DNA from: an uncultured Sphaerochaeta sp.
GTDB lineage: Bacteria; Spirochaetota; Spirochaetia; Sphaerochaetales; Sphaerochaetaceae
Reading direction: 5' to 3'
Length of the DNA: 64,000 nucleotides
NCBI GenBank assembly: GCA_963662725.2
Contig: CAXXCW010000021.1
Coordinates: forward strand, 16,185-80,184
Below the pieces are notes generated by a model. It saw only the letters and a program-made list of their open reading frames with translations. It was not told where the DNA came from and ran no database searches. Shown here one piece after another: positions 9,235 through 19,793 of this stretch; positions within the stretch are counted from its first letter, which is position 1, and each line of letters opens with the position of its first letter. The position numbers were made by a program, and so were the translations under genes.

Positions 9235-11571
9235 ATGGTAAGGACCATTGCTGTCAATGATGGGTGGCTGTACATGCCGGATTACAACAAGCAGTATTGT
9301 CACAAGCATTTTGATGACTCACATTGGGAGGCTGTGGACCTGCCACATGCAAACATCCTGCTCGATCGCCACTATTTTGATGAGGAGACCTTTTGCTTTG
9401 TCAGCACCTATCGCAAGCACCTCTCTGTCGAAATTCCCGAAGGGTGTTCGACCTCTTTGCGCTTTGAGGGCATTGCCTCCCAGGCAATGATCTATGGTGA
9501 CGGAAGCCTGCTCTACACCCACAAAGGCGGATACCTGCCCTTTGAAGTGCCTCTGGGTAGTAAGAGCAGCGTGCAGGTAACCGTAGTCGTTGACAGTAGC
9601 GAAGACAAGGCCATCCCTCCCTTTGGAGGCAGCATAGACTACCTTACCTACGGAGGAATCTATCGCGAGGCAACCCTGGTATTGTACCACGAGCAATGTC
9701 TTCTCTCCCTATGTGTGGAAAGCCATGATCCGGATGAGGTTCGCTTCCGATGCAAAACACTTTCAGGAAGCGGCTTTACCTATACCGCCAGGATCCTGGA
9801 TGGGGAAAATGAGCTTGCCCGCGTAGATGACCTGCTTCTTCATGATGAGTTTGATGGAGCATTTTCCTCCCTGTCACTACAAAGCTGGTCACCTGAAAAC
9901 CCCAAGCTCTATACCTTCGCCATCACCTTGGAGAATGGGGAGGCAAAGCAGGTGCGCTTTGGATCACGACGTGCCCATTTCACCAAGGACGGGTTCTTCC
10001 TCAATGGCAAGAAGCGCAAGCTCATCGGGCTCAACCGTCACCAGAGCTACCCCTATGTCGGCTATGCGATGCCAGAAAGCGGTCAGAGAGAGGATGCGAT
10101 CAGACTCAAGGAGCTTGGCGTTGACCTGGTGCGCACCAGCCACTACCCCCAGCACCCATCCTTTCTGGATGCCTGTGATGAGTTGGGACTGCTGGTTATG
10201 GAGGAGATCCCGGGATGGCAGCATGTTTCTGAGGGAGAAAGGTGGCGCAAGCTTTGCCTGGAGAATGTTGAGGGTATGATCGTACGTGACTTCAACCACC
10301 CTTCCATCATCTTGTGGGGGATACGCATCAATGAGTCTGCTGATGATGACGAGCTCTATACCGCCACCAATGCCCTTGCGAGGAAGCTTGACCCACACAG
10401 GCAGACAGGTGGCGTGCGAAACTTTTCAAGGAGTTCTTTCCTCGAGGATGTCTACACCTACAACGATTTTTCCCATAACGGAACCAACGCAGGACTGGCC
10501 AGGAAACACACTGTATGCAACAGAGAGAACCCGTATTTGGTCACAGAGTTCTGCGGTCACATGTTTCCCACCAAGCGCTATGACAATCCCATCCAGCGAA
10601 AGGAGCATGCCCTGAGGCATTATCGAAGCCTTGATGCGATGTTTGGCTCTGAGGGAATAAGCGGGGCCATAGGCTGGTGCATGAATGACTACAATACGCA
10701 CAGCAACTTCGGTAGTGGCGACCAGGTCTGTTACCATGGGGTGTGTGACCAGGGTAGGGCCCCCAAGTTTGCCGCCTATGCCTACATGAGCCAGAAGGAG
10801 AGAGAACCGCTGATGGTCCTCTCTTCCGCCCCTGACAATGGGGATTTTCCCAACGCCAGCATAGGGGCCTTGCTTGTCGCTACCAACTGTGATGCTGTTC
10901 GTGTTTTCTTCCAAGACGAGGAGGTCGGTACCTTCTATCCGGACAGGAAAACCTTCCCCCACCTTCCCCATCCTCCGGTGTTGCTCACCGACCTGATAGG
11001 GAAGCGCCTCGATAAGGAGACCTATCTGACCAAAGGAGATAGAAACCGCCTCAGGAGGTTGCTTGCCAAGGTCGGCTCTCAGGCGGGAGCCCTTGCTCCC
11101 CTGGACAAGGTGCGCATGGGTTGGTTCCTTGTGCGTTATCGGCTCACCTATGACGATGCTGTCTCACTGTTCACCAGGTATGTGGGTAACTGGGGTGATG
11201 AGGCCTCGTTGTGGCGTTTTGAGGGCCTGCTGGGTGAGAAGGTCGTGTGCCGTGAAACCTATGGGCAGGACAAGCGACCTTATCTGGAAGTCTCTACCCG
11301 TACGAACACGATAGTGTTGGGGGACAGCTATTCGATGATATCGCTCAATGTATCTGTGCACAAGCAGGGGATGACCCTTCCCCTGCCCTATGCCCACGAG
11401 CCTTTCAGCGTACAGGTTGAGGGCCCCCTCAGGCTTGTGTCTCCCCCCTTATCGGTATGTGAAGGTGGCACAGCTGTGGTCTATGTGCGTACCATAGGGG
11501 AAAAAGGCAAGGCTAGGGTTACCATCTGTAGTGGTATGGGTGACAAGACTCTCGAATTCATAGTAGTGTAG
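9235..11571 (+). CDS. GH2 beta-galactosidase-like glycoside hydrolase
   Basis: GLNRHQ, RTSHYPQ, NHPSIILWGIRINE, VTEF; start moved to ATG 9235 after GGGAG. Confidence 0.9.
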   Translation: MVRTIAVNDGWLYMPDYNKQYCHKHFDDSHWEAVDLPHANILLDRHYFDEETFCFVSTYRKHLSVEIPEGCSTSLRFEGIASQAMIYGDGSLLYTHKGGYLPFEVPLGSKSSVQVTVVVDSSEDKAIPPFGGSIDYLTYGGIYREATLVLYHEQCLLSLCVESHDPDEVRFRCKTLSGSGFTYTARILDGENELARVDDLLLHDEFDGAFSSLSLQSWSPENPKLYTFAITLENGEAKQVRFGSRRAHFTKDGFFLNGKKRKLIGLNRHQSYPYVGYAMPESGQREDAIRLKELGVDLVRTSHYPQHPSFLDACDELGLLVMEEIPGWQHVSEGERWRKLCLENVEGMIVRDFNHPSIILWGIRINESADDDELYTATNALARKLDPHRQTGGVRNFSRSSFLEDVYTYNDFSHNGTNAGLARKHTVCNRENPYLVTEFCGHMFPTKRYDNPIQRKEHALRHYRSLDAMFGSEGISGAIGWCMNDYNTHSNFGSGDQVCYHGVCDQGRAPKFAAYAYMSQKEREPLMVLSSAPDNGDFPNASIGALLVATNCDAVRVFFQDEEVGTFYPDRKTFPHLPHPPVLLTDLIGKRLDKETYLTKGDRNRLRRLLAKVGSQAGALAPLDKVRMGWFLVRYRLTYDDAVSLFTRYVGNWGDEASLWRFEGLLGEKVVCRETYGQDKRPYLEVSTRTNTIVLGDSYSMISLNVSVHKQGMTLPLPYAHEPFSVQVEGPLRLVSPPLSVCEGGTAVVYVRTIGEKGKARVTICSGMGDKTLEFIVV

Positions 11572-11574
11572 GGT

Positions 11575-12108
11575 ATGTTTACCCTCTATATCGATGCTGA
11601 TTCGTGTCCCAGGAACCTCCGTACCATCTTGTTGCGTTGCATTGTCAAAAATGACTACGCAGCCTTCTTTGTCGCTGACCGACCCTTGAAGGATGTGCAG
11701 ACTGCCTATGAGCAGCATACCGCCAAGCTACGCAAGGAAGCTGAGAAACAGGGGGTGGAGGATCTGCGCTCTGTCACCAGCAAGATAGAGAACATTGTGG
11801 TTGAGGCTGATATGGACAGCGCAGATACCTGGATAGTAGAAAATGCCAAGCTTCCCTGCCTTGCCGTAACCCATGATATCCCTCTAGCGGCTCGCCTGGT
11901 GGAGAAGGATATCCCCACCATTGATGACAGGGGTGGGATCTTTACCAAGGAGAGTATGGCCCAGAGGCTCTCCATCAGGAACGCCATGAAGGAGTTTCGT
12001 GATATGGGCATCTTCAGTGAAAAACACAAACCCATGGGTCCAAAAGAGACAAAGGCTTTCTCTGATGCCCTTAACACCATGTTGCATAAGCTGACGGTGA
12101 AGCAATAG
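11575..12108 (+). CDS. YaiI/YqxD (DUF188) family protein
   Basis: IDADSCP N-terminus, SADTWI, THDIPLA. Confidence 0.85.
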   Translation: MFTLYIDADSCPRNLRTILLRCIVKNDYAAFFVADRPLKDVQTAYEQHTAKLRKEAEKQGVEDLRSVTSKIENIVVEADMDSADTWIVENAKLPCLAVTHDIPLAARLVEKDIPTIDDRGGIFTKESMAQRLSIRNAMKEFRDMGIFSEKHKPMGPKETKAFSDALNTMLHKLTVKQ

Positions 12109-12133
12109 CAGCACTTCCGCTTCTTTTGGGGTA

Positions 12134-12700
12134 ATGCGTAAAAAAGCCATACTACTATACAGAACCGAAGAAGAGAGAACCTTCCTTATTTCCAAGACAG
12201 AAGCGTTGCCTTGGATTCGAGCTGATGCCTTTCCGCTGGCCAAAGCAAATCGGATTCAGGATTGCCATGTCCTGATGGGCAGGACAGGGGATCTTCCCTC
12301 ACTGTTGAAACTCAAGAGGGTGATGCTCCCCTATAGTGATATCCCCCTGCTGGTATTCTCTCCTTCCTCACAGTATTCCGTACTGAGGATGATGGACAGC
12401 CCTACCTGCAAGGTGGTGGATGAGGATATCGATGGGAAGAGCCTTGGCGATGAGCTGAAGAGCATGCTGACAAGAACCCATACCCAGTGCAAAGAGGAAC
12501 CCCCTTGCACGCTCACCCTTAGGGAGAGACAGGTCGTAGCCCTCATTCTCAGTGGTGAGGAGAACAAGGCGATAGCTTCAAAGATGGGCATCAAGCTATC
12601 GACAGTCTATGCGCACAAGAAGAACCTCTTTCTCAAGACAGGGATGCATACCACCAGCCAGCTGGTGGTATGGGCAATGCTGAGGGAACTGACTCCTTAG
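12134..12700 (+). CDS. LuxR-family HTH regulator with degenerate receiver-like N-terminus
   Basis: LTLRERQV...NKAIASKMGIKLSTVYAHKKNL. Confidence 0.85.
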   Translation: MRKKAILLYRTEEERTFLISKTEALPWIRADAFPLAKANRIQDCHVLMGRTGDLPSLLKLKRVMLPYSDIPLLVFSPSSQYSVLRMMDSPTCKVVDEDIDGKSLGDELKSMLTRTHTQCKEEPPCTLTLRERQVVALILSGEENKAIASKMGIKLSTVYAHKKNLFLKTGMHTTSQLVVWAMLRELTP

Positions 12701-12973
12701 GGGTTGCGAATTGCTATGGGGTGGCAGTAAGGGGCGAGTCGTACCGTACGTTCGGACATATTTCTGTAGTCACTTTCAGATCCAAACAGATTCGGCAGCG
12801 AGGTGTTGCCGGTGAAGCCATTGGTGTAGGCTACAATACCATCTCCTTGGTCAGGAAGCCTGGTGAGCCTTTGATAAGGATGATTATGCTGACCATGATC
12901 TCCAATAATGTGATGTATCCTGCTGAAAAGATGCAAATGCATGCTGTAAATCCTAACCAGGCATTTGCATAAT

Positions 12974-13003
12974 GGAGATGGCGGCCTTGTAGCCGCCATC
13001 TCT
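12974..13003 (-). terminator. stem-loop downstream of asnS
   Basis: GGAGATGGCGGC-cttgta-GCCGCCATCTCT. Confidence 0.6.
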
Positions 13004-13051
13004 GCATATTGGTATTGCCAGCACAGTTGCCCGGTACTTTCGCATCCAGAC

Positions 13052-14440
13052 CTAGAAGTCTGAGAGCCTTGGAGCCCTGGGGAAGGGGATGACATCACGG
13101 ATGTTGGCCATGCCGGTCACATACTGTACAACCCTTTCAAAGCCCATTCCGAAGCCAGCATGGGGCACAGAACCGAACCTTCTGAGGTCCAGGTACCACC
13201 AGTAGTCCTCTGGCTTGAGCTTCATCTCCAGCATGCGCTGGGTAAGGGTGTCAAGGTTAGCCTCACGTTCAGAGCCTCCGATGATCTCACCAAGACGGGG
13301 GACGAGCACATCCATGCCACGGACTGTCCTGGTATCTGCATTGAGCTTCATGTAGAAGGCCTTAATGTCCTTGGGATAGTCGGTGACGATGACAGGGCTC
13401 TTGAATACAACCTCGGTGAGGAACTTCTCGTGTTCGCTTTGCAGATCATTTCCCCATGCTACAGGGAAGGAGAACTTCGATGCATGTTTCTCCAGTTCCC
13501 TGACTGCATCGGTGTAGGTCAGCCGTACAAAGGGAGTCTCTACAATATGCTTGAGGGTCTCTTGCATTCCCTTCTCCACAAACTGTGAGAAGAAGGCCAT
13601 ATCCTCTTGGCAGTTCTCAAGCACAGCCTTGAACAGGTACTTCAGGAAGTCCTCGGCGATCTCCATGTTCCCTTCAATGTCACAGAATGCCATTTCAGGC
13701 TCCACCATCCAGAATTCAGAAAGGTGACGCTTGGTATTGGAGTTTTCAGCCCTGAAAGTAGGCCCGAAGGTGTAGATGTTTTTCATAGCCATCGCATAGG
13801 TCTCGCCTTCAAGCTGGCCACTGACGGTCAGGAATGATTTCTTGCCAAAGAAGTCCTTGGAAAAATCTACATCTCCCTCTTGGGTAAGAGGCGGGTTTTT
13901 GGGATCGAGTGTGGTGACCAAAAACTGCTGGCCAGCTCCTTCGGCATCGCTGCTGCTGATGATGGGGGTGTTCACATAGACAAAGCCGTTCTCCTGGAAG
14001 TACTGGTGCACAGCATAGGAGAGGGTGTTCCTGACGCGCGTCACAGATCCGAACATATTGGTTCTGGGCCTGAGGTGCGCGATCTCCCTGAGGTATTCGA
14101 TAGTGTGCCGTTTCTTCTGCAAGGGGTAGCTGTCTGCAGGGCAATCCCCTACGAGGGTGATGCCAAGGCTGGCCATCTCGACACGTTGGGATCCCCCTGC
14201 ACTCTCAACAATGGGGCCCTTGCAGATGACTGAAGAGCCGGTGGAGAGTGAGTCGAGCAGGCTGTCATTGGCAAACTGCTCCTTGTCAATGACAATTTGC
14301 AGGCCTTTGAGGCATGAGCCGTCGTTCACCTCAAGGAAACATACGCTCTTGCTGTCACGTTTGGTCCGTACCCAGCCTTCAGCGGTGACTAGCTCTGGGC
14401 TTGGCTCTCTCTTGAGCAACGCGGAAATCCGTTCGTTCAT
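13052..14440 (-). CDS. asnS: asparagine--tRNA ligase
   Basis: GWVRTKR, TVSGQL, FRAENSNTKRHLSEFWMVEPE, GFGMGFER, IRDVIPFPR. Confidence 0.97.
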   Translation of the reverse strand: MNERISALLKREPSPELVTAEGWVRTKRDSKSVCFLEVNDGSCLKGLQIVIDKEQFANDSLLDSLSTGSSVICKGPIVESAGGSQRVEMASLGITLVGDCPADSYPLQKKRHTIEYLREIAHLRPRTNMFGSVTRVRNTLSYAVHQYFQENGFVYVNTPIISSSDAEGAGQQFLVTTLDPKNPPLTQEGDVDFSKDFFGKKSFLTVSGQLEGETYAMAMKNIYTFGPTFRAENSNTKRHLSEFWMVEPEMAFCDIEGNMEIAEDFLKYLFKAVLENCQEDMAFFSQFVEKGMQETLKHIVETPFVRLTYTDAVRELEKHASKFSFPVAWGNDLQSEHEKFLTEVVFKSPVIVTDYPKDIKAFYMKLNADTRTVRGMDVLVPRLGEIIGGSEREANLDTLTQRMLEMKLKPEDYWWYLDLRRFGSVPHAGFGMGFERVVQYVTGMANIRDVIPFPRAPRLSDF

Positions 14441-14751
14441 AGGAAATGCTCCTTCGAAAAGTATCCGTTCATTATGGTTTTTTGCCTCTCTCTAGTCAAG
14501 AATGGGCGATTAGGGTAGGTTTTTGCGGTTTTGCTCTGTGCATCTGCAAAGAAACAGCATAAGGACGTGCCTGATGCTGTTTCTTAGCATCCGTTTTCGC
14601 TCTCTTTCTTTGCTATGAGGCCTCTGATTATTATATATGTCCAAGGTTTTTAGTGAAAAATACCAAAATGCTCTGAATTGCTATTCTGACAGATTGACAA
14701 AAATTGAAAAAGTGTTAATTATAAGGTATCGGCTTTCCTTGGAGGAACTAT

Positions 14752-16671
14752 ATGTACAAAACCATACCGCAGATATTTTCACACATTGTCAAGACCTATC
14801 CTGCCTACCCCGTCCAGATGAGCAAGGACAAAAGTGGCGTGTTTCAAAGTGTCTCGTATTCCCAGCTCCATAGTGATGTCAATGCACTGTCCGCCTCTCT
14901 CGCTTCCCGTGGGATGAAGAGGGGTGATAACGTAGGCCTTATCAGTGACAACCGCAGTGAATGGCTTCTCAGTGACATGGCTATCCTGACCTTAGGTGCG
15001 TCTGATGTGCCCCGTGGGCGCGATGCCATGCCGTATGAGATCAGCTTCATACTCGGCATCACTGAAGCTTCCTTCTGCTTTGTGGAAAATGCCGTACAGC
15101 TTCGCAAGGTTCTCAACCTCAAGGAAAAACTTCCAGCCCTCAAGCATTTTGTCGTCATGGACAAGGAGTTTACCGCTGAAAGCCTGAAACATACGACCGT
15201 TCCCGAAGATGTGGAGGTCCTGCTTATCGAAGACCTTCTCAACGAAGGCAAGAGCCTGTTGAACGACCCCTCTGTTGCCAAGAGCATCGAGGAGGAGAGG
15301 CAGAAAGGGAAGGCGGACGAGACGGCGACCATCATCTTCACCAGCGGTACAACCGGTGAACCTAAAGGAGTCGTACTCTCCCACGCTAACTTTGCCTACC
15401 AGCTGGAGGCCTTGCCCAAGGTCATCACAGCCCTTGCCCCCGGCCAGAAGTGGCTGAGTGTCCTTCCTGTATGGCACTCCTTTGAAAGGATCCTGCAGTA
15501 TGTCGTCATCAGCCAGGCTTCGACCATCGCTTACTCAAAACCCTTGGGTTCAATCCTTATCGCAGACCTTGCATTGGTGAACCCTCACTGGATGGGATCG
15601 GTTCCCAGGATCTGGGAAGCGGTGAAAAGTGGCGTATTCAACAGCATGAAGGCAAAAAGCCCTGTTTCAAAAGCCCTCTTCAAGTTCTTCGTCTCTGTAG
15701 CCAATCACTATAATCATAATAAAGATCTCTTGGTAGGCGAAGTGGCCACCTTCAAGAAGCGCAGCCGTTTCTTTGATGTGTTGCGGTCATTCCTCCCTAC
15801 AGTCCTGCTCTTTCCCCTCTACAAGGCAGGTGATCACCTGGTGTACGGCAAGGTGAAGCAGAAACTGGGCAAGAACTTTATCGCAGGTGTCAGTGGGGGA
15901 GGCTCCCTCAGCGAAAGCGTCGACATGTTCTTCTCGTCCATCGGCATCAAGCTCCTTGATGGCTATGGCCTCACTGAAAGCGCTCCCGTCGTTGCGATCA
16001 GAAACCTGAACCACGGCATCAAGCGCACAGTCAGTCCCCTTATCGGTACAGAGGTGAAAATTGTTGATGAGCAGGGACGCGCAGCTGCTCCCGGAACAAA
16101 GGGTGTTGTCATGGTACGTGGCCCTCAGGTGATGAAGGGCTACTACAAGAGGCCTGAATTGACCAAGGCTGTCCTTTCTGCCGACGGATGGCTCAATACC
16201 GGAGATTTGGGTGTCTGGACCCACCATGGTGAGTTTGCCCTTGCAGGACGAGCCAAGGACACCATCGTCCTTTCAGGTGGTGAGAACCTTGAGCCGGTCC
16301 CCATTGAAGCCAAGATTTGTGAAAGCGAGTTCGTCGAGAGTGCAGTGGTGCTGGGTCAGGACAAGAAGTACCTCGGAGCCTTGGTGGTGCTGAACAGGAA
16401 GAACGTTGAGGAGTATCTTACCAGAGAGCAGATACCGTATCTTTCTGACAAGCTTGCCAGCATGAAGGAGGTCAAGGCTTTGGTTGAAGCCTCCATCAAT
16501 GACATCATTAGTGTGAAGCATGGCTTTAAGAGCTACGAACATATCAGTAGGATCATCCTTATCAACAAGTCCTTTGAGATCGGGGTGGAGCTGAGTGCTA
16601 AGCAGGAACTCAAGCGCTTTGAGATCAACAAGCTCTACGAACAGGAAATAGCGCAGCTATTTGCCAGTTGA
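14752..16671 (+). CDS. long-chain fatty acid--CoA ligase
   Basis: AMP-binding motif IIFTSGTTGEPKG, GYGLTE, TGDLG, GRAKD. Confidence 0.92.
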   Translation: MYKTIPQIFSHIVKTYPAYPVQMSKDKSGVFQSVSYSQLHSDVNALSASLASRGMKRGDNVGLISDNRSEWLLSDMAILTLGASDVPRGRDAMPYEISFILGITEASFCFVENAVQLRKVLNLKEKLPALKHFVVMDKEFTAESLKHTTVPEDVEVLLIEDLLNEGKSLLNDPSVAKSIEEERQKGKADETATIIFTSGTTGEPKGVVLSHANFAYQLEALPKVITALAPGQKWLSVLPVWHSFERILQYVVISQASTIAYSKPLGSILIADLALVNPHWMGSVPRIWEAVKSGVFNSMKAKSPVSKALFKFFVSVANHYNHNKDLLVGEVATFKKRSRFFDVLRSFLPTVLLFPLYKAGDHLVYGKVKQKLGKNFIAGVSGGGSLSESVDMFFSSIGIKLLDGYGLTESAPVVAIRNLNHGIKRTVSPLIGTEVKIVDEQGRAAAPGTKGVVMVRGPQVMKGYYKRPELTKAVLSADGWLNTGDLGVWTHHGEFALAGRAKDTIVLSGGENLEPVPIEAKICESEFVESAVVLGQDKKYLGALVVLNRKNVEEYLTREQIPYLSDKLASMKEVKALVEASINDIISVKHGFKSYEHISRIILINKSFEIGVELSAKQELKRFEINKLYEQEIAQLFAS

Positions 16672-16796
16672 GCCTTCTAGTCAAGATTTACTAGCAGAAT
16701 ATTTTATTCGACAGTTAGCGTCAGCTATGTCAGAAATCTTGCTTATTTCCCCTGTGTCATATACACTTCGGTCGTATACCAGACATAGGGGTTTTT

Positions 16797-17132
16797 ATGC
16801 TTCAGATCATTGGCACAAAAAAATGCAAAGAGACGGCAAAGGCCTTGCGTGCATGCAAGGAGCGTTCATTGCCTTTCCAGTTTGTCAATCTTGCTGAACG
16901 ATCCCTCTCTGATGGGGAGTGGAACTCCCTTTTTCAAGCTATCGCTGATGAGGACCTTCTGGACACCTCTTGTGCCTACTACACCAAAGAGGGCTACCCA
17001 TATCGTGAGTTCTCCATCAGGGAGGAACTGAAGGAACATCCGGAGCTTCTGAAGACACCCGTCCTCCGCATCAAAGGAAAGGCACACGCAGGGTTCGATC
17101 TCGACAAGCTGGTCGAATGGGGATCGCTCTGA
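16797..17132 (+). CDS. ArsC/Spx family protein
   Basis: GTKKCKETAKA...HPELLKTPVL...GFD. Confidence 0.8.
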   Translation: MLQIIGTKKCKETAKALRACKERSLPFQFVNLAERSLSDGEWNSLFQAIADEDLLDTSCAYYTKEGYPYREFSIREELKEHPELLKTPVLRIKGKAHAGFDLDKLVEWGSL

Positions 17133-17920
17133 TGGTACGCTATGCAGTTCTGGGCAGCGGCTCCAATGGAAACAGCTATGTCTTCTCTGATGGAACCACC
17201 TCTGTTCTGGTAGACCAGGGCTTCAGTGGTGTCGAGCTGCAGCGCCGTCTGGTTTCCCTGGGCCTCGACAGCTCCTCAGTTGCGGGTGTCTGCGTAACCC
17301 ATCTTCATCCTGACCATGCAAAGGGTCTGGGTGTCATATCCCGAAAGCTGAGAGTACCCATATATCTGCACTCTGCAATGGTGGAAAAGGAGCCTGTCGT
17401 ATTTTCCAAGCTCTCCATCCCACAGGAGTGCATAACCTTGGTAGAGCCACTGGTTGGGTTTTCAGTAGGACCCTTTGTCCTGCAGTGTTTTGAGACCAGC
17501 CATGACAGTGGTGGCTCTGTGGGGTGGTGTATCACCTATGAGGATACGACTATGATGGTTCTCACGGACACAGGATGCTATACGCATGAGCAGTTGCTGC
17601 TGGCAAAAAGCAGCAACATTCTCTTTTTAGAGGCTAACTATGATGAGCAGATGCTTCATAGCGGTCCCTATCCCTATTACCTGAAACAAAGAATTTTTGG
17701 CTTGTATGGGCACCTATCCAATGACCAGGCCATGCAGTTCCTGCACGAAAGCGAATTTACTGGAGAGCATGTATATTTTATCCATCTCTCAGGTACCAAT
17801 AACACGCCCGCCATTCTGACTGACCTAGCCAGATCCCAGATGAAGAGACCCTTCACTGTCTGTGAAAAAGGCCGATGCTACGGGGGAATAAGGAGAATTC
17901 ATGAGCAAGAAAAAAACTGA
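17132..17920 (+). CDS. MBL-fold metallo-hydrolase (YycJ/WalJ-like)
   Basis: LGSGSNGN, THLHPDH, TDTG, LEANYD, GHLSN. Confidence 0.88.
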   Translation: MVRYAVLGSGSNGNSYVFSDGTTSVLVDQGFSGVELQRRLVSLGLDSSSVAGVCVTHLHPDHAKGLGVISRKLRVPIYLHSAMVEKEPVVFSKLSIPQECITLVEPLVGFSVGPFVLQCFETSHDSGGSVGWCITYEDTTMMVLTDTGCYTHEQLLLAKSSNILFLEANYDEQMLHSGPYPYYLKQRIFGLYGHLSNDQAMQFLHESEFTGEHVYFIHLSGTNNTPAILTDLARSQMKRPFTVCEKGRCYGGIRRIHEQEKN

Positions 17921-19748
17921 CAAGAAGAACATTGGCAAGAAAAAGAACAAGAAGGATGTTTGGTCTCTCAAACGCATCAGCAAGCTGAAGCGAGACGATG
18001 GGCTCACCATGAAGACGGTCAATGAGTACACGATGAATGCCGTTGTCGATTGCGCTGCCTCGCGCTATGACGAGCATGTTGCCCTGCGTCTCTATGGCGA
18101 TGATGAGAGTCTCATAACCTACAACCAGATGAAGAGCATGAAGGACAGCATTGCGGTAACCCTGCTTGAAGCCGGGTTTGTCCATGGGGATAAGATCGCC
18201 ATCTTGGGGGAAAGTTGCCCCACGTGGATAGTGGCCTACTTCGGCATCACATCCATCGGATGTGTGGCGGTACCAATCCTTCCTGACTTCTCCTCCAAGG
18301 AAGCATGTTCCATTCTGGAGCACTGCGGTGCAAAGGGCATTGTCGTCAATGCAAAAAACTTTGAAAAGGTGCTCCCCTTTATAAAAAAGGATCCTTCCTT
18401 CCTTGTTCGTATGGAGGATCTGTTCCATATTCCCGATCCCATCAGTGCCAATCTTGCTGACAAGGACCAGTTTTCCAATGCTCCGGGCAGGGACATAACC
18501 AGAAGAAAACTGGACAAGAAAGCACAGGAACTGCGTGCGACGAGCAAGGCGAAGGAAGAGGATCTTGCCTCCCTCATTTATACGAGCGGAACCACCGGCA
18601 ACAGCAAGGGCGTCATGCTTACCCATAAGAATCTGGTATGGAATGCTGATATCTCCACCGATGTCTATGTCGATTTCAAGGCTGGAGACCATGTGCTATC
18701 AATCTTGCCTGTCAGCCATGTCTATGAGTTCACCACAGGGCAGATCCTGGAGCTGATGCGTGGTTGTGAGATCACCATCCTGGGCAAGGCCCCCGCCCCG
18801 AGCATCCTGCTTCCAGCCCTCAAGGCGGTAAGGCCGAAGTTGCTGATGAGCGTTCCGCTGTTGATGGAGAAGATCTACCGAAGTTCGGTGCTTCCTGTGA
18901 TGCGAGACAATGAGAAACTGAAGCCATGGCTGAAGTTCGGTCCTACCAAGAGGATTATCTCCAGGATTATCGGGCGCAAGCTCAAGGTCACCTTCGGAGG
19001 AAAGCTGAAGTTCTTCGGTATCGGGGGAGCTCCCCTTGACCGCGAGGTAGAGCAGTTCCTCGCCGATGCCAAATTCCCCTACGCAATCGGGTACGGGCTG
19101 ACTGAGACTTCCCCCCTCATTGCAGGAGGGCTTCCCAAAGACTATCATGTGGGTGTGATTGGAGCCTTGGTCGAGCATGTGGATGTGATCCTTGACAACA
19201 AGGATCCTGATACCGGGGTCGGAGAGATCCTTGTCAAGGGCCCGAATGTCATGCAAGGCTACTACGACAATCCCAAGCTCAACGAAGAGGTCTTTACCCA
19301 GGATGGGTATTTCCGCACCGGAGATCTGGGTTTCTTTGACAAGAAGAAGCGCCTTGCCATCAAGGGCCGTACAAAGACCATGATCTTAGGCTCAGGTGGG
19401 GAGAATATCTATCCCGAGCTCATCGAGGCTGTCATCAATAACATCAGCTTTGTCTCTGAGTCCCTGGTTGTCCCTGAGGATGGGGGTCTGATAGCCCTGA
19501 TCAAGATCGATATCGACTCCTTTGCCAAAAAGATGGCCCTGAATGTCAACGATGCGAAAGATGAGGCAATGAAATATGTTGCGAAGATCCGCGAGGATGT
19601 CAACAAGGAACTGAGTGCTTTCAGCCGCATCAGCACCGCGGAGCTGCATGAGGAGCCTTTCCAGCGGACGCCTACCCAGAAGATCAAGAGGTTCCTCTAT
19701 TCGAGGCTATCAAGCAATGAAGAGAGCAAAGAGGAAAAGCAGGGTTGA
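17901..19748 (+). CDS. long-chain fatty acid--CoA ligase
   Basis: YTSGTTGNSKG, GYGLTETSP, TGDLG, GENIYPE. Confidence 0.92.
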   Translation: MSKKKTDKKNIGKKKNKKDVWSLKRISKLKRDDGLTMKTVNEYTMNAVVDCAASRYDEHVALRLYGDDESLITYNQMKSMKDSIAVTLLEAGFVHGDKIAILGESCPTWIVAYFGITSIGCVAVPILPDFSSKEACSILEHCGAKGIVVNAKNFEKVLPFIKKDPSFLVRMEDLFHIPDPISANLADKDQFSNAPGRDITRRKLDKKAQELRATSKAKEEDLASLIYTSGTTGNSKGVMLTHKNLVWNADISTDVYVDFKAGDHVLSILPVSHVYEFTTGQILELMRGCEITILGKAPAPSILLPALKAVRPKLLMSVPLLMEKIYRSSVLPVMRDNEKLKPWLKFGPTKRIISRIIGRKLKVTFGGKLKFFGIGGAPLDREVEQFLADAKFPYAIGYGLTETSPLIAGGLPKDYHVGVIGALVEHVDVILDNKDPDTGVGEILVKGPNVMQGYYDNPKLNEEVFTQDGYFRTGDLGFFDKKKRLAIKGRTKTMILGSGGENIYPELIEAVINNISFVSESLVVPEDGGLIALIKIDIDSFAKKMALNVNDAKDEAMKYVAKIREDVNKELSAFSRISTAELHEEPFQRTPTQKIKRFLYSRLSSNEESKEEKQG

Positions 19749-19793
19749 GCCTCGCCTCCAAGATATGGTATACCTCAAGCAAAAGGGTGAGTA

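Noticed and set aside
12697-12972. Small ORFs between luxR and asnS, including a prepilin-like GYITLLEIMV stretch
   Set aside because: Motif spacing is wrong for a type IV prepilin, there is no start or SD, and the frame closes quickly; at most a decayed membrane-protein fragment
14752-19748. Two AMP-binding enzymes as an NRPS-like cluster
   Set aside because: Both are standalone long-chain acyl-CoA ligases with no carrier or condensation domains
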